The notes beneath the pieces are model-generated. The model was not told where the DNA came from and did not search any database. It was given only the letters and a program-made list of their open reading frames with translations. 64,000 nucleotides of DNA from positions 7,043 to 71,042 of the forward strand of contig CAZQDP010000004.1 of assembly GCA_964592375.1 (NCBI GenBank), given 5' to 3'. Within the stretch, counting starts at the first letter, position 1; each line of letters starts with the position of its first letter. This DNA is from an uncultured Eubacteriales bacterium. Its GTDB lineage: Bacteria; Bacillota; Clostridia; RUG12999. A program made the translations under genes and the position numbers. This document shows positions 45,628 to 57,286 of the stretch, in pieces.

Positions 45628-47611
45628 ATCTTTCTCAAGACTATTCACGTCCAATGTTGGGATTTTTCTTGCAATACTCTTTTTGTTTGCGCTCGCCGCC
45701 TTTGCTGCAGGGCGCATATGGCTTGCACTAGCGGAATTCCTGATTTGGATTTTCCTTACCATCTATAGCTTCTGGTATGATAATCACAAGGAAAAAGAAA
45801 TGCTGGAATATGTGCAAACCTTGGCGTTTCAAACGGAGACCGGCACCAAAGAATCACTCCTGCGATTTCCCATGCCACTGATTGTTGTACAGCTTGATGG
45901 CACTATTTTATGGTATAATGAACTGTTTAGAACTGCTTTTGAACATGAGAAGAAGCTATTTGACAGAAAAGTATCCGAACTTTTGGGAGAAAGCTTTGAT
46001 ATGACGCAAGTTGTGGAAAACAGAATGCCAGAGGGCTATGTTACAGCATACGGCGATAAGAATTATCGTGTATTGTCAAATGTGATTCAGACCAATCAAA
46101 AAGAGCTTTTTGCACTGCTTTATCTCATTGACGAAACGAAATATTTTCAAATCAAAAAAATGTATGATGATTCAAGACCGGTCGTATACCTCGTGACCAT
46201 TGATAATTATGATGAAGTACTACAAAGCACACCGGATGAGGGCAGAGCTGCACTGTTTGCCGGAATTGACAAAAGGGTATCGGAATGGGCAGCTTCAGCA
46301 GGTGGTTTTTTTAAAAAGATTGAACGGGATAAATACAGTGTTATTTGCGAACAAAAAAATCATAAGCAGTTTGCAGATGCAAAATTTAACTTACTGGAAA
46401 CCATCAAAACAATCCATGTCGGCAATCGAATTCCGGTCACCATCAGCATAGGTGCCGGGTTTGGCGGCGAGTCCTATGCACAGAATGATGCCTTGGCTCG
46501 CTCGGCGGTTGAAATGGCGCTGGGAAGAGGTGGCGATCAAGCTGTCATTAAGGATAAAGCATCCCCTTCTTTTGTGTATATCGGCGGGAATACTAAGGAG
46601 ATAGAAAAGCACACCAGGGTGCGAACACGGGTCATGGCACATGCATTAAAGCAATTGATTGTGCAAGCCGGTAATATTATCATTATGGGGCACAAAAATG
46701 CAGATTTAGATTGCTTAGGAGCGGCACTTGGCATTCAAACCGCAGGTAAAAATGCAGGAAAAAACGTGTATATTATCGAAGGGACCTCGTCGAAGACAAC
46801 AGAAAAAATCATTTTAGGATTAAAACACACGCAGGAATACGCCAATGTGTTTATTAGCCCAAGCCAAGTGGAAGAATACCTACGGGAGGACACACTACTT
46901 ATTGTAGTAGATGTATATCGCTCCTCTATGACTGAGTGCCCTCATCTACTAGAAAAAACGCGCAATATTGTGGTGCTGGATCATCACAGAAAGACCGATG
47001 AATACATTGAGCAAACCTCGCTAACATACCATGAAACTTATGCATCTTCCACTTGTGAAATGGTTACGGAAATGCTGCAATATATTGACGAAGGCGCAAA
47101 TATCAGTGCGGATATTGCAAAATATCTTTATGCTGGCATCATACTGGACACAAAGAATTTTACCTCGAAAGCCGGCATTCGAACCTTTGAAGCGGCAGCA
47201 TACCTTCGAAAATGTGGCGTGGATCCTTCGGACGTACAAAAGTTATTCAAAGAAGATATGAAGGTATATTCCATCCGCGCGGATATTATTAAAAATGCAA
47301 TGATCTATCGTGGAAATATTGCCATCGCCCAAAGCAAGCAGAAGTATGAAGATATCGTAACGGTTGCGGCGCAATCAGCAGATGAGATGCTTGGCATAGA
47401 GGGCATAGAGGCCTCTTTTGTGATTTGTAGCATTGATAAAGAGGTGCATATCAGTGGACGATCTTTGGGCGAGATTAATGTGCAGCTTATTTTGGAAAAT
47501 ATCGGTGGAGGCGGCAATATTTCTGTTGCCGCAACCAAACTGAAATGCTCATTAGAAGAAGCGAAAAAGCTGCTTACCAGTGCCATTGATCATTACCTAG
47601 ATAATAAATGA
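45617..47611 (+). CDS. gdpP: cyclic-di-AMP phosphodiesterase GdpP (TM-PAS-degenerate GGDEF-DHH/DHHA1)
   Basis: Two N-terminal TM helices. DHH motifs HKNADLDCLG, VVDV, LDHHR, ILDTKNF. DHHA1 glycine-rich motif IGGGGN. Confidence 0.88.
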   Translation: MGNKSFSRLFTSNVGIFLAILFLFALAAFAAGRIWLALAEFLIWIFLTIYSFWYDNHKEKEMLEYVQTLAFQTETGTKESLLRFPMPLIVVQLDGTILWYNELFRTAFEHEKKLFDRKVSELLGESFDMTQVVENRMPEGYVTAYGDKNYRVLSNVIQTNQKELFALLYLIDETKYFQIKKMYDDSRPVVYLVTIDNYDEVLQSTPDEGRAALFAGIDKRVSEWAASAGGFFKKIERDKYSVICEQKNHKQFADAKFNLLETIKTIHVGNRIPVTISIGAGFGGESYAQNDALARSAVEMALGRGGDQAVIKDKASPSFVYIGGNTKEIEKHTRVRTRVMAHALKQLIVQAGNIIIMGHKNADLDCLGAALGIQTAGKNAGKNVYIIEGTSSKTTEKIILGLKHTQEYANVFISPSQVEEYLREDTLLIVVDVYRSSMTECPHLLEKTRNIVVLDHHRKTDEYIEQTSLTYHETYASSTCEMVTEMLQYIDEGANISADIAKYLYAGIILDTKNFTSKAGIRTFEAAAYLRKCGVDPSDVQKLFKEDMKVYSIRADIIKNAMIYRGNIAIAQSKQKYEDIVTVAAQSADEMLGIEGIEASFVICSIDKEVHISGRSLGEINVQLILENIGGGGNISVAATKLKCSLEEAKKLLTSAIDHYLDNK

Positions 47612-47642
47612 CAATCTATCAATATTGAAAGGATGAGAAAAT

Positions 47643-48083
47643 ATGAAGGTGATATTGCTACAGGATGTAAAAGCACAAGGCAAAAAGGGCGACTTGATTG
47701 ACGTGAGCGATGGGTATGCACGCAATTTCCTATTTCCTAAAAATTTGGCAAAGGAAGCAACAAAAGCGGCAATCAATGACATGAAGGGGCAAAAAGATGC
47801 CCAGTCATATAAAGTAGAAAAAGAACTGGAAGAGGCTAGAGCAATATACAATCAAATTCATGGTAAAACCATTTCCTTAACCGGCAAGGCAGGGGAAAAC
47901 GGAAAACTCTTTGGTTCGATTACCTCTTCCGAAGTTGCGGAAGCATTGAAGTTTCAGCTTCATGTTGTGATTGATAAACGCAAATTGGTGATGGAGCCTA
48001 TTAAAAGCATTGGTTTAACCGAAGTGCATATTAAGCTTCATGCCAAGCTTAGTCCTGTGATTAATGTCAAAGTAGAAGGATGA
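47643..48083 (+). CDS. rplI: 50S ribosomal protein L9
   Basis: [36 protein letters not shown]. Confidence 0.97.
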   Translation: MKVILLQDVKAQGKKGDLIDVSDGYARNFLFPKNLAKEATKAAINDMKGQKDAQSYKVEKELEEARAIYNQIHGKTISLTGKAGENGKLFGSITSSEVAEALKFQLHVVIDKRKLVMEPIKSIGLTEVHIKLHAKLSPVINVKVEG

Positions 48084-48158
48084 AAATAACACTTTATTGG
48101 CGATTACTTTCCATAAGGAACAGCAGGTATGCCAAAAATATAAAAGGGCGGTGAAGAT

Positions 48159-49499
48159 GTGGATATTGGGGGCACAAGGCAATTACCATATAGCATAGAA
48201 GCGGAGCAATCTGTTTTGGGTTGTATTCTCATCGACCCTGCAAGCCTCATCACAGTGGCGCAAAGCTTAAAATCAGATGATTTTTATCTGCAGCAAAATA
48301 GAGTCATTTATGATGCTATGCTCAGCTTGTTTGGTCGAAATGAACCGGTGGATGTCATTACTATTTCCCAGCTACTGGGCGCTAACTTACAGCTTATTGG
48401 TGGTTATGAATATTTTGCAAAGCTTGCAGGTAGCGTACCGACGACAGAAAATCTCAAATATTACATCAAAATATTAGGAGAAAAAAAGCTTTTACGCAGA
48501 TTGATTAAAGCATCTGAAAATATATCATCCATGAGCTATGAAGGCACTGAAGACGTGGGGGTCATTTTAAGTAGTGCCGAAAAAGAGATTTACGATATAC
48601 TCCAGGATAGAGGACAAACCGGGCTTATTCACATTAGTGATGTTTTGGCTGAAAGCTTTGAATTTATCGAAAAAGCAAGTGCCAATAAAGGCAAAATCAT
48701 GGGTGTTGAATCGGGCTTTACGCTGATTGATAAAATGACAGGTGGTTTTCAGGCTTCAGAACTGATTATTATCGCCGCAAGACCTGCAATGGGGAAAACG
48801 AGCTTTGCACTCAATATTGCACAGCATGCGGCCTTGCATCGAGGAACCCAAGTTGCTATTTTTAATCTTGAAATGTCAAAAGGGCAGCTTGGAAATAGAA
48901 TTATTTTCTCTGAGGCGATGATCAGCGGAGAAAAACTAAAAAGCGGTACCATAGACGATAATGATTGGCCGGAAATTGCGCGCTCCATCGGGCGCCTTTC
49001 AAAATCGCCCTTGTATATTGACGATACCGCAGGCATTACGGTGACGGATATAAAGGCAAAATGCCGACAGCTTCAGATTGAAAAGGGCCTTGGAATGGTC
49101 ATTATCGATTATCTTCAGCTCATGCAAGGGAGTAGGAAAAACGAAAATCGTCAGCAGGAAATTTCCGAAATATCTCGTTCTTTAAAGGTCATGGCAAAAG
49201 AGCTTGCCGTACCGGTGATAGCACTTTCTCAGCTGAGCCGAGCCGCCGCTACCAGAGGCGACCATAAACCACAGCTCAATGATTTGAGGGAATCTGGCGC
49301 CATTGAGCAAGATGCCGATATTGTTATGTTTATCCATCGAGAGGATTATTACAATCCGGAAACCGAAAAAAAAGGAATTGCAGAGTGTATTATTGCAAAA
49401 CACAGAAATGGCTCCACCGGCACCATTGAACTGGTTTGGAGGCCTGACTTTACACTTTTCATGAACAAAACCATAGATGAGCCGCCATATAACGGCTAA
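48159..49499 (+). CDS. dnaB: replicative DNA helicase DnaB (DnaC in B. subtilis nomenclature)
   Basis: LPYSIEAEQSVLGCIL, Walker A AARPAMGKTSFALN, IDYLQLM, LSQLSR, RESGAIEQDADIV. GTG start. Confidence 0.95.
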   Translation: MDIGGTRQLPYSIEAEQSVLGCILIDPASLITVAQSLKSDDFYLQQNRVIYDAMLSLFGRNEPVDVITISQLLGANLQLIGGYEYFAKLAGSVPTTENLKYYIKILGEKKLLRRLIKASENISSMSYEGTEDVGVILSSAEKEIYDILQDRGQTGLIHISDVLAESFEFIEKASANKGKIMGVESGFTLIDKMTGGFQASELIIIAARPAMGKTSFALNIAQHAALHRGTQVAIFNLEMSKGQLGNRIIFSEAMISGEKLKSGTIDDNDWPEIARSIGRLSKSPLYIDDTAGITVTDIKAKCRQLQIEKGLGMVIIDYLQLMQGSRKNENRQQEISEISRSLKVMAKELAVPVIALSQLSRAAATRGDHKPQLNDLRESGAIEQDADIVMFIHREDYYNPETEKKGIAECIIAKHRNGSTGTIELVWRPDFTLFMNKTIDEPPYNG

Positions 49500-49533
49500 C
49501 TACTGCGATATTAAATTGGCGGAGGTATATCGT

Positions 49534-50871
49534 TTGGAAACATTGCTTGACAAGGTGAAAAAATGCATCTTGGAGAATAACCTTATTAAAAAAGGGGAAA
49601 CTGTTATTGCGGCCTTTTCGGGCGGTGCGGATTCATCTTGCCTTGTGCATATTTTGAGCAAACTAAGTGGTGAACTGGGGTTTACACTTTGTGCTGCTCA
49701 TCTCAATCATATGCTTCGAGCAGAGGAAGCGGAGCGTGACCAGCAATATGTCATGCAGTTTTGCAGTGATTTGGATATTTCGCTGAAGTTGCAAAAAAAG
49801 GATATTGCTCAAATTGCTCAGCATCGGCGCATCAGCCTTGAAGAGGCCGGTCGGTTTGAACGATACGAGTGGCTGCGTACCTTATCCGAAGATTTTGGGG
49901 GTGCACTCATTGCTACCGCTCATCACAAAGACGACAATGCGGAAACCATTCTACTCAATATCCTTCGTGGTAGCGGACTCGATGGTCTCATCGGTATTTT
50001 GCCTAAAAGAGAAAATATTATCAGGCCGCTCATTCATTGTACAAGAGATGAAATTGAAGCTTACTGCAGGGAAAATCAGATTGAGTTTGTCACAGACAGC
50101 ACTAACCTAGAGGCAGTGTATACAAGAAATAGATTGCGCTTACAGCTCATGCCAATGTTGAAGGAATTCAACCCCGCCATAAGGGATGCCCTTATCAGAT
50201 TGTCTGAGTGTGCCCATGGAGATAGTGTATACATCGAGGCCCATGCAAAGCAGGCTTTTGACGAAACGGTAATAGATGGTGCGATAAATGTACAGAAGCT
50301 ACGAAAAATGGATTGTGCAATATCTTATCGGATACTATCTCAATGTGTAAAAGTCAAATTCGGCATCACGCTTCAAAAAAAGCATGTGGATTTATTATAT
50401 CAATTGATCCAGAAGGGCAAAACGGGTAGCCGGCTCAGTCTTCCGGGCGGGATATGGGCTACCATTTCCTATGATCTGATGCATTTTGAAACGGCTTGCG
50501 AAAAGCCTTCAAAGTACATATTTGAGCTCAGCGCAGGCGAAGAAATTAATATTTTCCCTGCAGGATTGACCATCAAAACGCATTTTGGCAAATGCTCCGA
50601 AGTAGAAGAAAACACTGCTTGCATTGTAGCAGTTGAGGGGAAAATCACTGTTCGCACCAGAAAAGAAGGAGATAACGTTTCCATTCGTGGGATGACAAAA
50701 AAACTAAAAAAGCTTCTTATCGAAAAAAAAGTGCCAAGAAAAGTGCGTGATATTCTTCCGGTAGTGGAAGTGGATGGCAAAATCGTTTTGGTTGCAGATG
50801 TATTTTGTGCAAGGGAATGTACATGTGCAGAAAAATATCTCATCGTGAAGGCAATAAAAACAAAGGAGTAA
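49534..50871 (+). CDS. tilS: tRNA(Ile)-lysidine synthetase
   Basis: PP-loop AAFSGGADSSCL. TTG at 49534 lies 8 nt after GGAGG and is preferred to the ATG at 49477, which overlaps dnaB. The start is uncertain. Confidence 0.88.
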   Translation: METLLDKVKKCILENNLIKKGETVIAAFSGGADSSCLVHILSKLSGELGFTLCAAHLNHMLRAEEAERDQQYVMQFCSDLDISLKLQKKDIAQIAQHRRISLEEAGRFERYEWLRTLSEDFGGALIATAHHKDDNAETILLNILRGSGLDGLIGILPKRENIIRPLIHCTRDEIEAYCRENQIEFVTDSTNLEAVYTRNRLRLQLMPMLKEFNPAIRDALIRLSECAHGDSVYIEAHAKQAFDETVIDGAINVQKLRKMDCAISYRILSQCVKVKFGITLQKKHVDLLYQLIQKGKTGSRLSLPGGIWATISYDLMHFETACEKPSKYIFELSAGEEINIFPAGLTIKTHFGKCSEVEENTACIVAVEGKITVRTRKEGDNVSIRGMTKKLKKLLIEKKVPRKVRDILPVVEVDGKIVLVADVFCARECTCAEKYLIVKAIKTKE

Positions 50872-50878
50872 CGATATC

Positions 50879-51430
50879 ATGAATCATGACGTAGAAAAAA
50901 TTCTCATCAGTGAGCAGGCATTGAAGGAAAAAGTGGTGGAATTGGCAGCGCTGATTAATGCCGATTATAAGGGAAAAAATATTGTTTTTGTGAGCGTACT
51001 CAAGGGCGGCTTTATCTTTGCGGCCGATCTTCTTCGCAAGCTTGAAATTGATGCTGACATCAATTTTGTAGCCGTGTCCAGCTATGGTGCGGGCTCGAAA
51101 TCATCCGGTGCGGTTAAAATTATCAAGGACCTTGATACCGATGTGTCAAATAAGGATGTCCTGATTGTGGAAGATATTGTAGATACAGGACTGACACTTT
51201 CTTACCTCAAAAATTTAATACTGACAAGAGGAGCTCGCTCTGTAAAGATATGCACTATTTTAAATAAACCTTCCCGAAGAAAAGCGGACATTGATGTTGA
51301 ATACATAGGCTATGAAATACCGGATGAGTTTGTGGTGGGTTATGGCCTTGATTATAATGAGAAATACAGAAGCCTTCCGTATATTGGAATACTCAAACGC
51401 AGTATTTATGAAAATCCCCTCCAAATATAA
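50879..51430 (+). CDS. hpt: hypoxanthine phosphoribosyltransferase
   Basis: PRPP-binding motif VLIVEDIVDTGLT. tilS-hpt-ftsH synteny. Confidence 0.93.
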   Translation: MNHDVEKILISEQALKEKVVELAALINADYKGKNIVFVSVLKGGFIFAADLLRKLEIDADINFVAVSSYGAGSKSSGAVKIIKDLDTDVSNKDVLIVEDIVDTGLTLSYLKNLILTRGARSVKICTILNKPSRRKADIDVEYIGYEIPDEFVVGYGLDYNEKYRSLPYIGILKRSIYENPLQI

Positions 51431-51457
51431 CATTTTCATTTCAATATGCGTAAAATC

Positions 51458-51486
51458 TTGTAATTTTTCAAATAATATGGTATTAT
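51458..51486 (+). promoter_or_regulatory. sigmaA promoter upstream of ftsH
   Basis: TTGTAA (51458-51463), 17-nt spacer, TATTAT (51481-51486). Confidence 0.55.
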
Positions 51487-51540
51487 ATTTAATCAGATAT
51501 GCCTTACATAGAAGGCGAAACCTGTTAGGAGTGTGTGAAA

Positions 51541-53370
51541 ATGAAGAAATACTGGAAGAATACCGGGTTTTATATTATCTTAGTGACTACGGTGGTACTG
51601 ATTACCATGTTTTTGTATAAAGATCCGGCAATCGTAACGAAAAACTTTTCGGATTTATATAACGACATTGAAGCCGGCAAGGTATCCGGACTTGTTTTAG
51701 AAGGCCAAAAGGCAACTGTTGAGTATAAGGACAATAAAATTGCTGAGGTATCTATTCCATCTGTTGAAGTGTTTATGTTGTATTCAGATTTAAAGTTAAA
51801 GGAACTGATGGGCAAAAACGATATTAAAATCAGCACACCCCAAATGCAAAATCAAACCTGGTGGATGGCAATGATTCCTTATTTAGTACTCACGGCCATT
51901 TTGGTTGTGTTGTTCATTTTCTTTCAGCAAACGCAAGGCGGCGGAGGCAGTAGAGTCATGAGCTTTGGGAAGAGCCGTGCTAAATTGGTTACCGATCAGA
52001 AGAAAAAGGTTACCTTTGCGGATGTTGCAGGAGCAGATGAGGAAAAAGAAGACTTAGAAGAAATTGTGGGATTTTTAAAATCTCCTCAAAAATATACGGA
52101 AATCGGTGCCAGAATTCCCAAAGGCGTTTTGCTAGTTGGCCCTCCGGGAACCGGTAAAACATTGCTTGCAAAAGCAGTTTCAGGCGAAGCGGACGTACCT
52201 TTTTACAGTATCAGTGGTTCGGATTTCGTGGAAATGTTTGTAGGTGTGGGTGCTGCTAGGGTACGTGATTTATTTGAGCAGGCAAAAAAGAGTGCTCCGT
52301 CCGTTGTTTTTATTGATGAAATTGATGCGGTAGGCAGGCACAGAGGCGCAGGCCTTGGCGGCGGGCATGACGAGCGTGAGCAGACCTTAAATCAGCTACT
52401 TGTTGAAATGGATGGTTTTGGTGTGAATGAAGGGGTTATTATCATTGCGGCCACGAACCGCCCGGATATACTTGATCCAGCGCTCCTTCGTCCGGGACGA
52501 TTTGACAGACAGATCGTTGTAAACTATCCCGATGTGAAGGGCCGCGAAGAAATTCTGAAGGTGCATGCAAGAAATAAGCCCTTAGCAGGCGAAGTTAATC
52601 TTGGAAATGTTGCAAAAACCACTGCCGGGTTTACAGGAGCAGACCTTGAAAACCTGCTCAATGAATCCGCACTTTTATCTGCAAGGCATGGAAAAAAGGA
52701 AATTGACAATGAAGAAATTCAGCAGGCACTGATGAAGGTTGTAATGGGTACCGAAAAGAAATCCAGTGTGATGAGCGAAAAAGAAAAGAAACTAACTGCG
52801 GTACACGAGGCGGGTCATGCACTTATTTCAAGGCTCATGCCAACCCAGGACCCTGTCCATGAAATTTCCATTATCCCACGCGGCAGAGCCGGTGGATATA
52901 CCATGAACATTCCGCAGGAAGATAAAAAGTATAGTACAAAGAATGAAATGACCGAAAGCATCGTTGTTCTTCTCGGTGGCCGCACAGCGGAAAAAATGGT
53001 TCTGGACGATATCAGCACCGGCGCATCTAATGATATTGAAAGAGCTTCGGATCTTGCCAGAAAAATGGTTACCAGATATGGTATGAGCGATGTCTTAGGC
53101 CCGATTTCATTTGGCAGTACACATGATGAAGTCTTTATTGGTCGTGAATGGAACCAAACACGCAACTATGGCGAAGGTGTTGCCGCAGAAATTGATGCAG
53201 AGGTGCGAAATATTATAGAGCATGCATACCAAAAATGCATGCAGCTTTTAGAAGAAAACAGAATGAAACTAGATGAGCTGACAGAGGCACTACTCTCTTT
53301 TGAAAAAATTGATGGCCCAACCTTTGAAAAGATATTTGTCGGTCAGGCTGTGGTGCCTGAGAATAATTAA
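51541..53370 (+). CDS. ftsH: ATP-dependent zinc metalloprotease FtsH
   Basis: Two TM segments, AAA+ Walker [14 protein letters not shown], Walker [13 protein letters not shown], and zinc motif HEAGHA. Confidence 0.97.
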   Translation: MKKYWKNTGFYIILVTTVVLITMFLYKDPAIVTKNFSDLYNDIEAGKVSGLVLEGQKATVEYKDNKIAEVSIPSVEVFMLYSDLKLKELMGKNDIKISTPQMQNQTWWMAMIPYLVLTAILVVLFIFFQQTQGGGGSRVMSFGKSRAKLVTDQKKKVTFADVAGADEEKEDLEEIVGFLKSPQKYTEIGARIPKGVLLVGPPGTGKTLLAKAVSGEADVPFYSISGSDFVEMFVGVGAARVRDLFEQAKKSAPSVVFIDEIDAVGRHRGAGLGGGHDEREQTLNQLLVEMDGFGVNEGVIIIAATNRPDILDPALLRPGRFDRQIVVNYPDVKGREEILKVHARNKPLAGEVNLGNVAKTTAGFTGADLENLLNESALLSARHGKKEIDNEEIQQALMKVVMGTEKKSSVMSEKEKKLTAVHEAGHALISRLMPTQDPVHEISIIPRGRAGGYTMNIPQEDKKYSTKNEMTESIVVLLGGRTAEKMVLDDISTGASNDIERASDLARKMVTRYGMSDVLGPISFGSTHDEVFIGREWNQTRNYGEGVAAEIDAEVRNIIEHAYQKCMQLLEENRMKLDELTEALLSFEKIDGPTFEKIFVGQAVVPENN

Positions 53371-53387
53371 TTAGAGGATGTAATCAT

Positions 53388-56117
53388 ATGAATGTCATTG
53401 AAAAGATTTTTGGCACGTACAGTCAGCGTGAAGTTAAAAGAATACTATCGATAGTTGATAAAATTGAAGCTCTAGAGAGCAGTGTGCAACCGCTTACCGA
53501 TGCACAGCTTAAATCAAAAACAAATGAATTTAAAGAAAGACTTTCAAAAGGGGAAACGCTAGATGATATTCTGCCAGAAGCATTTGCAGTAGTTCGTGAG
53601 GCTTCTGCTAGGGTTCTTGGAATGCGCCATTTTCGCGTACAGCTCATTGGCGGTATCATCCTTCATCAAGGCCGCATAGCGGAAATGAAAACAGGGGAAG
53701 GAAAAACATTGGTATCCACCCTGCCAGCATATCTTAATGCACTTGGCGGCAGTGGTGTCCATATTGTAACTGTCAACGATTATCTTGCAATGCGCGATAG
53801 CGAGTGGATGGGAAAAGTACATCGCTTTTTAGGTCTTCGCGTTGGCCTTGTGCTTACCGGCATGGAAAATGACAAACGCCGCATGGCATATGATGCAGAT
53901 ATTACCTATGCCACCAATAACGAGCTTGGCTTCGATTACCTCAGAGATAATATGGTGATTTATAAAGAGCATATGGTGCAACGCGGTCAGCACTTTGCCA
54001 TTGTGGATGAAGTGGACTCTATTTTAATTGATGAAGCCAGAACTCCGCTTATCATTTCAGGCATGGGGGATAAATCCACGCAAATGTATGAACTTGCGGA
54101 TCGTTTTGCGGCAAAGCTTAAATGCCTCAGGCGCAAAGAGTTCGACAGCAAGGAAGAGCATGACGATATTGATGCGGATTATTTAATCGATGAAAAAGCA
54201 AGAACTGCCGTTCTCACAAAGGAAGGGATTAAAAAAGCTGAAAAGGCTTTTCAAATAGAAAATTTATCGGATTCAGAAAACATGGGTCTTTTGCATCATA
54301 TCAACCAAGCCATCCGGGCGCACGGCCTTATGAAACGAGATATTGATTATGTGGTGAAAGACGGCGAAGTGTTAATTGTTGATGAATTTACCGGTCGTCT
54401 GATGATTGGTCGGCGCTATAGTGAAGGCTTACATCAAGCCATTGAGGCAAAAGAAGGTGTAAAGGTGGAGCGGGAGAGCAAAACCCTTGCTACCATTACC
54501 TTTCAAAATTATTTCCGCTTGTATCGAAAGCTCTCCGGTATGACCGGAACAGCGCTGACGGAAGACAACGAGTTTCGAGAAATTTATCGATTGGATGTAG
54601 TGGAAATTCCCACCAATCAATCCATGGTCCGATTAGATATGGCGGATATCGTCTATAAAACGGAAGATGCCAAATTTGGAGCTGTCATTAATCAAATTAA
54701 GGAGTGCTACAGTAAAAATCAACCTGTCTTGGTTGGTACGATTTCCATTGAAAAATCGGAATTATTAAGTAAAATGCTTAAGAAGCAAGGAATACCTCAT
54801 GAGGTACTCAATGCGAAATATCACGAAAAGGAAGCACAAATCATATCCCAAGCCGGTAAAAAGGGAGCAGTCACCATTGCGACCAATATGGCAGGACGTG
54901 GCACTGATATTATGCTTGGCGGTAATGCAGAGTTTCTTGCAAAAAGCGCCATGCTAAAAAACGGATATAGCGAAGAGCTGATCAGTGAAGCGGTCGGTTT
55001 TTCTGAAACAAGTGATGAAGAAAGTATAAAAGCACGAGCAGAATATGCAAATCTACTGAAAGAATACAAAGAGAAAATTGCACTTGAGAGAGCAGATGTT
55101 ATCAGTAGCGGCGGTCTGTTTATTATCGGTACAGAGCGCCATGAATCAAGACGTATCGATAATCAGCTCCGAGGCCGTGCCGGCCGTCAAGGTGACCCTG
55201 GGGTATCCAGATTTTTCATCTCCTTAGAGGATGATTTGATGCGTCTGTTTGGGTCAGACAGAATGCGCGGCGTAGTGGACGCATTGGGTCTTGAAGATGA
55301 TGAACCCATTGAGCATGGCATTTTATCAAGCGCGATTGAAGGCGCTCAGAAAAAGGTAGAGGCCAGAAACTTTGAAATCAGAAAACATGTGCTGCAATAC
55401 GACCAGGTCATGAACGAACAGCGGCATATTATTTATGACCAGCGGCAAAAGGTACTCGATGGAGAAAGCTTAAAAGCAGTTATTGAGAAAATGATTGAGG
55501 ATGTGTCCCATACCATTGTCGATAAATTTACAGCAGGTGGTGAGCATCCGGATTATTGGAATTTAACAGGACTCGTCGATTATTTAGAAGGCTATATATG
55601 CGAGATGGGTAGTCTTTCTTTTTCAAAAGAGGATATGGAAAGTCTCACGAAGGAAGATCTATTTGATTTAATTTTTGAAAAGGCCATGGAAAAGCATGGG
55701 CAGCAGGAAGAAAGCGTTGGCGATGAAAAAATGCGTGAGTTAGAGCGTGTTGTCATGCTGCAAAATGTAGACAGCAAATGGATGGATCATATTGATATGA
55801 TGGACCAACTTCGCCGTGGCATTTCGCTACGTGCGTATGCTCAGAAGGATCCCGTTATTGAGTATAAATATGAAGGCTTTGATATGTTTGAAGAAATGAT
55901 TGCGAGCATTCGAGAAGATACCGTTCGCACACTTCTTACCTTCCGTGTTCAAAAGGAGCCAATTGAAAGAAAACAAGTAGCAACCCCCACCATGGCAAGC
56001 CATGGGGACGGAAGCGTGCAAGCGGCAAGAACTGTCGTAAACAAAGATAAAACCGGCCGTAATGACCTTTGTCCATGCGGCAGTGGTAAAAAATATAAAA
56101 AATGTTGTGGACAATAA
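53388..56117 (+). CDS. secA: preprotein translocase ATPase SecA
   Basis: [38 protein letters not shown], and the C-terminal zinc finger [14 protein letters not shown]. Confidence 0.97.
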   Translation: MNVIEKIFGTYSQREVKRILSIVDKIEALESSVQPLTDAQLKSKTNEFKERLSKGETLDDILPEAFAVVREASARVLGMRHFRVQLIGGIILHQGRIAEMKTGEGKTLVSTLPAYLNALGGSGVHIVTVNDYLAMRDSEWMGKVHRFLGLRVGLVLTGMENDKRRMAYDADITYATNNELGFDYLRDNMVIYKEHMVQRGQHFAIVDEVDSILIDEARTPLIISGMGDKSTQMYELADRFAAKLKCLRRKEFDSKEEHDDIDADYLIDEKARTAVLTKEGIKKAEKAFQIENLSDSENMGLLHHINQAIRAHGLMKRDIDYVVKDGEVLIVDEFTGRLMIGRRYSEGLHQAIEAKEGVKVERESKTLATITFQNYFRLYRKLSGMTGTALTEDNEFREIYRLDVVEIPTNQSMVRLDMADIVYKTEDAKFGAVINQIKECYSKNQPVLVGTISIEKSELLSKMLKKQGIPHEVLNAKYHEKEAQIISQAGKKGAVTIATNMAGRGTDIMLGGNAEFLAKSAMLKNGYSEELISEAVGFSETSDEESIKARAEYANLLKEYKEKIALERADVISSGGLFIIGTERHESRRIDNQLRGRAGRQGDPGVSRFFISLEDDLMRLFGSDRMRGVVDALGLEDDEPIEHGILSSAIEGAQKKVEARNFEIRKHVLQYDQVMNEQRHIIYDQRQKVLDGESLKAVIEKMIEDVSHTIVDKFTAGGEHPDYWNLTGLVDYLEGYICEMGSLSFSKEDMESLTKEDLFDLIFEKAMEKHGQQEESVGDEKMRELERVVMLQNVDSKWMDHIDMMDQLRRGISLRAYAQKDPVIEYKYEGFDMFEEMIASIREDTVRTLLTFRVQKEPIERKQVATPTMASHGDGSVQAARTVVNKDKTGRNDLCPCGSGKKYKKCCGQ

Positions 56118-56136
56118 TATACGTCAATATTTATGA

Positions 56137-57268
56137 ATGGAAGTGAAATTTGTGATTGATCTTGACCAATATCGTATCGGGCTTCGTGGAATGGAAATGC
56201 ACATAAATGAATTGAGGGATTCACTTTGACATTGTCAGAGTGATGGAACAAATAGAAGAGCTGGAAAATCAATCTGCAGCTCCGAATTTTTGGGATGATA
56301 TGGATGCTTCCCATAAGATTTTGCAAAGAATAAAGCAGCTAAAAAGTAAAACAGAACGGTTTGAGAGGCTTCGATCCGAATATGATGATTTAACCGTGCT
56401 CATTGAAATGGCCATAGAACAATCGGATGCCGAGATAGAGATAGAAATACAAACTGCATATGATAAGCTGAATGAAGACTACGAAAATATGCGCCTTGAA
56501 ACACTGCTGAGTGGTAAGTATGATAGAAGCAATGCGATCATTTCCCTCCATGCAGGTGCTGGCGGAACAGAGGCTCAAGACTGGGCGCAAATGCTTCTGC
56601 GCATGTATGTGCGTTGGAGTGAGCGAAAAGGATATAGCGTAAAAACACTGGATATATTAGATGGTGAAGAAGCAGGTATTAAAAGTGTAACCATCCTGGT
56701 GGAAGGAGAAAACGCATATGGCTATGCTAGATGTGAAAAAGGGGTTCATCGCCTTGTTCGAATATCACCCTTTGATGCATCGGGCAGAAGGCACACCTCC
56801 TTTGCTTCAGTAGAGGTTATGCCTGAAATCGATGATGAAATTGAAGTAAACATCAAGCCCGATGATCTGCGAATAGACACCTTCCGTTCCAGCGGTGCAG
56901 GTGGTCAGCATGTTAACAAAACGGAATCGGCCATCCGCATTACGCATTTACCAACTGGCATAGCGGTGGCCTGTCAAACTGAAAGATCCCAGTTTCAAAA
57001 CAAAGACACTGCAATGAAAATGCTTAAATCAAAGCTGTTAGAAATTGCAGAGCGAGAGCAGATGGAAAAAATCGAGGATATCAAAGGGGATGTAAAGGAA
57101 ATTGCATGGGGCAGCCAAATACGTTCTTATGTATTCCACCCGTATAACATGGTAAAGGATCACCGAACGAGCTTTGAAACCGGCAATACCGGAGCTGTGA
57201 TGGATGGAGAAATCGATGGTTTCATCAATGCATATTTAAAAGCGAAAAGCTTAGGTGAAATGACGTAA
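56137..57268 (+). CDS. prfB: peptide chain release factor 2, with programmed +1 frameshift
   Basis: The short frame-0 ORF (ATG 56137, or GTG 56152) ends at CTT TGA C (56224-56230). The +1 frame continues DIVRVMEQIEELE... and carries SPF and GGQ (RSSGAGGQHVNKTESA). Confidence 0.9.
56214..56230 (+). promoter_or_regulatory. prfB +1 frameshift site (SD-like GAGGGA plus CUU UGA C)
   Basis: GAGGGAttcaCTTTGAC matches the canonical RF2 autoregulatory shift site. Confidence 0.85.
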
Positions 57269-57286
57269 GAAGAATGGAATTTTTAC

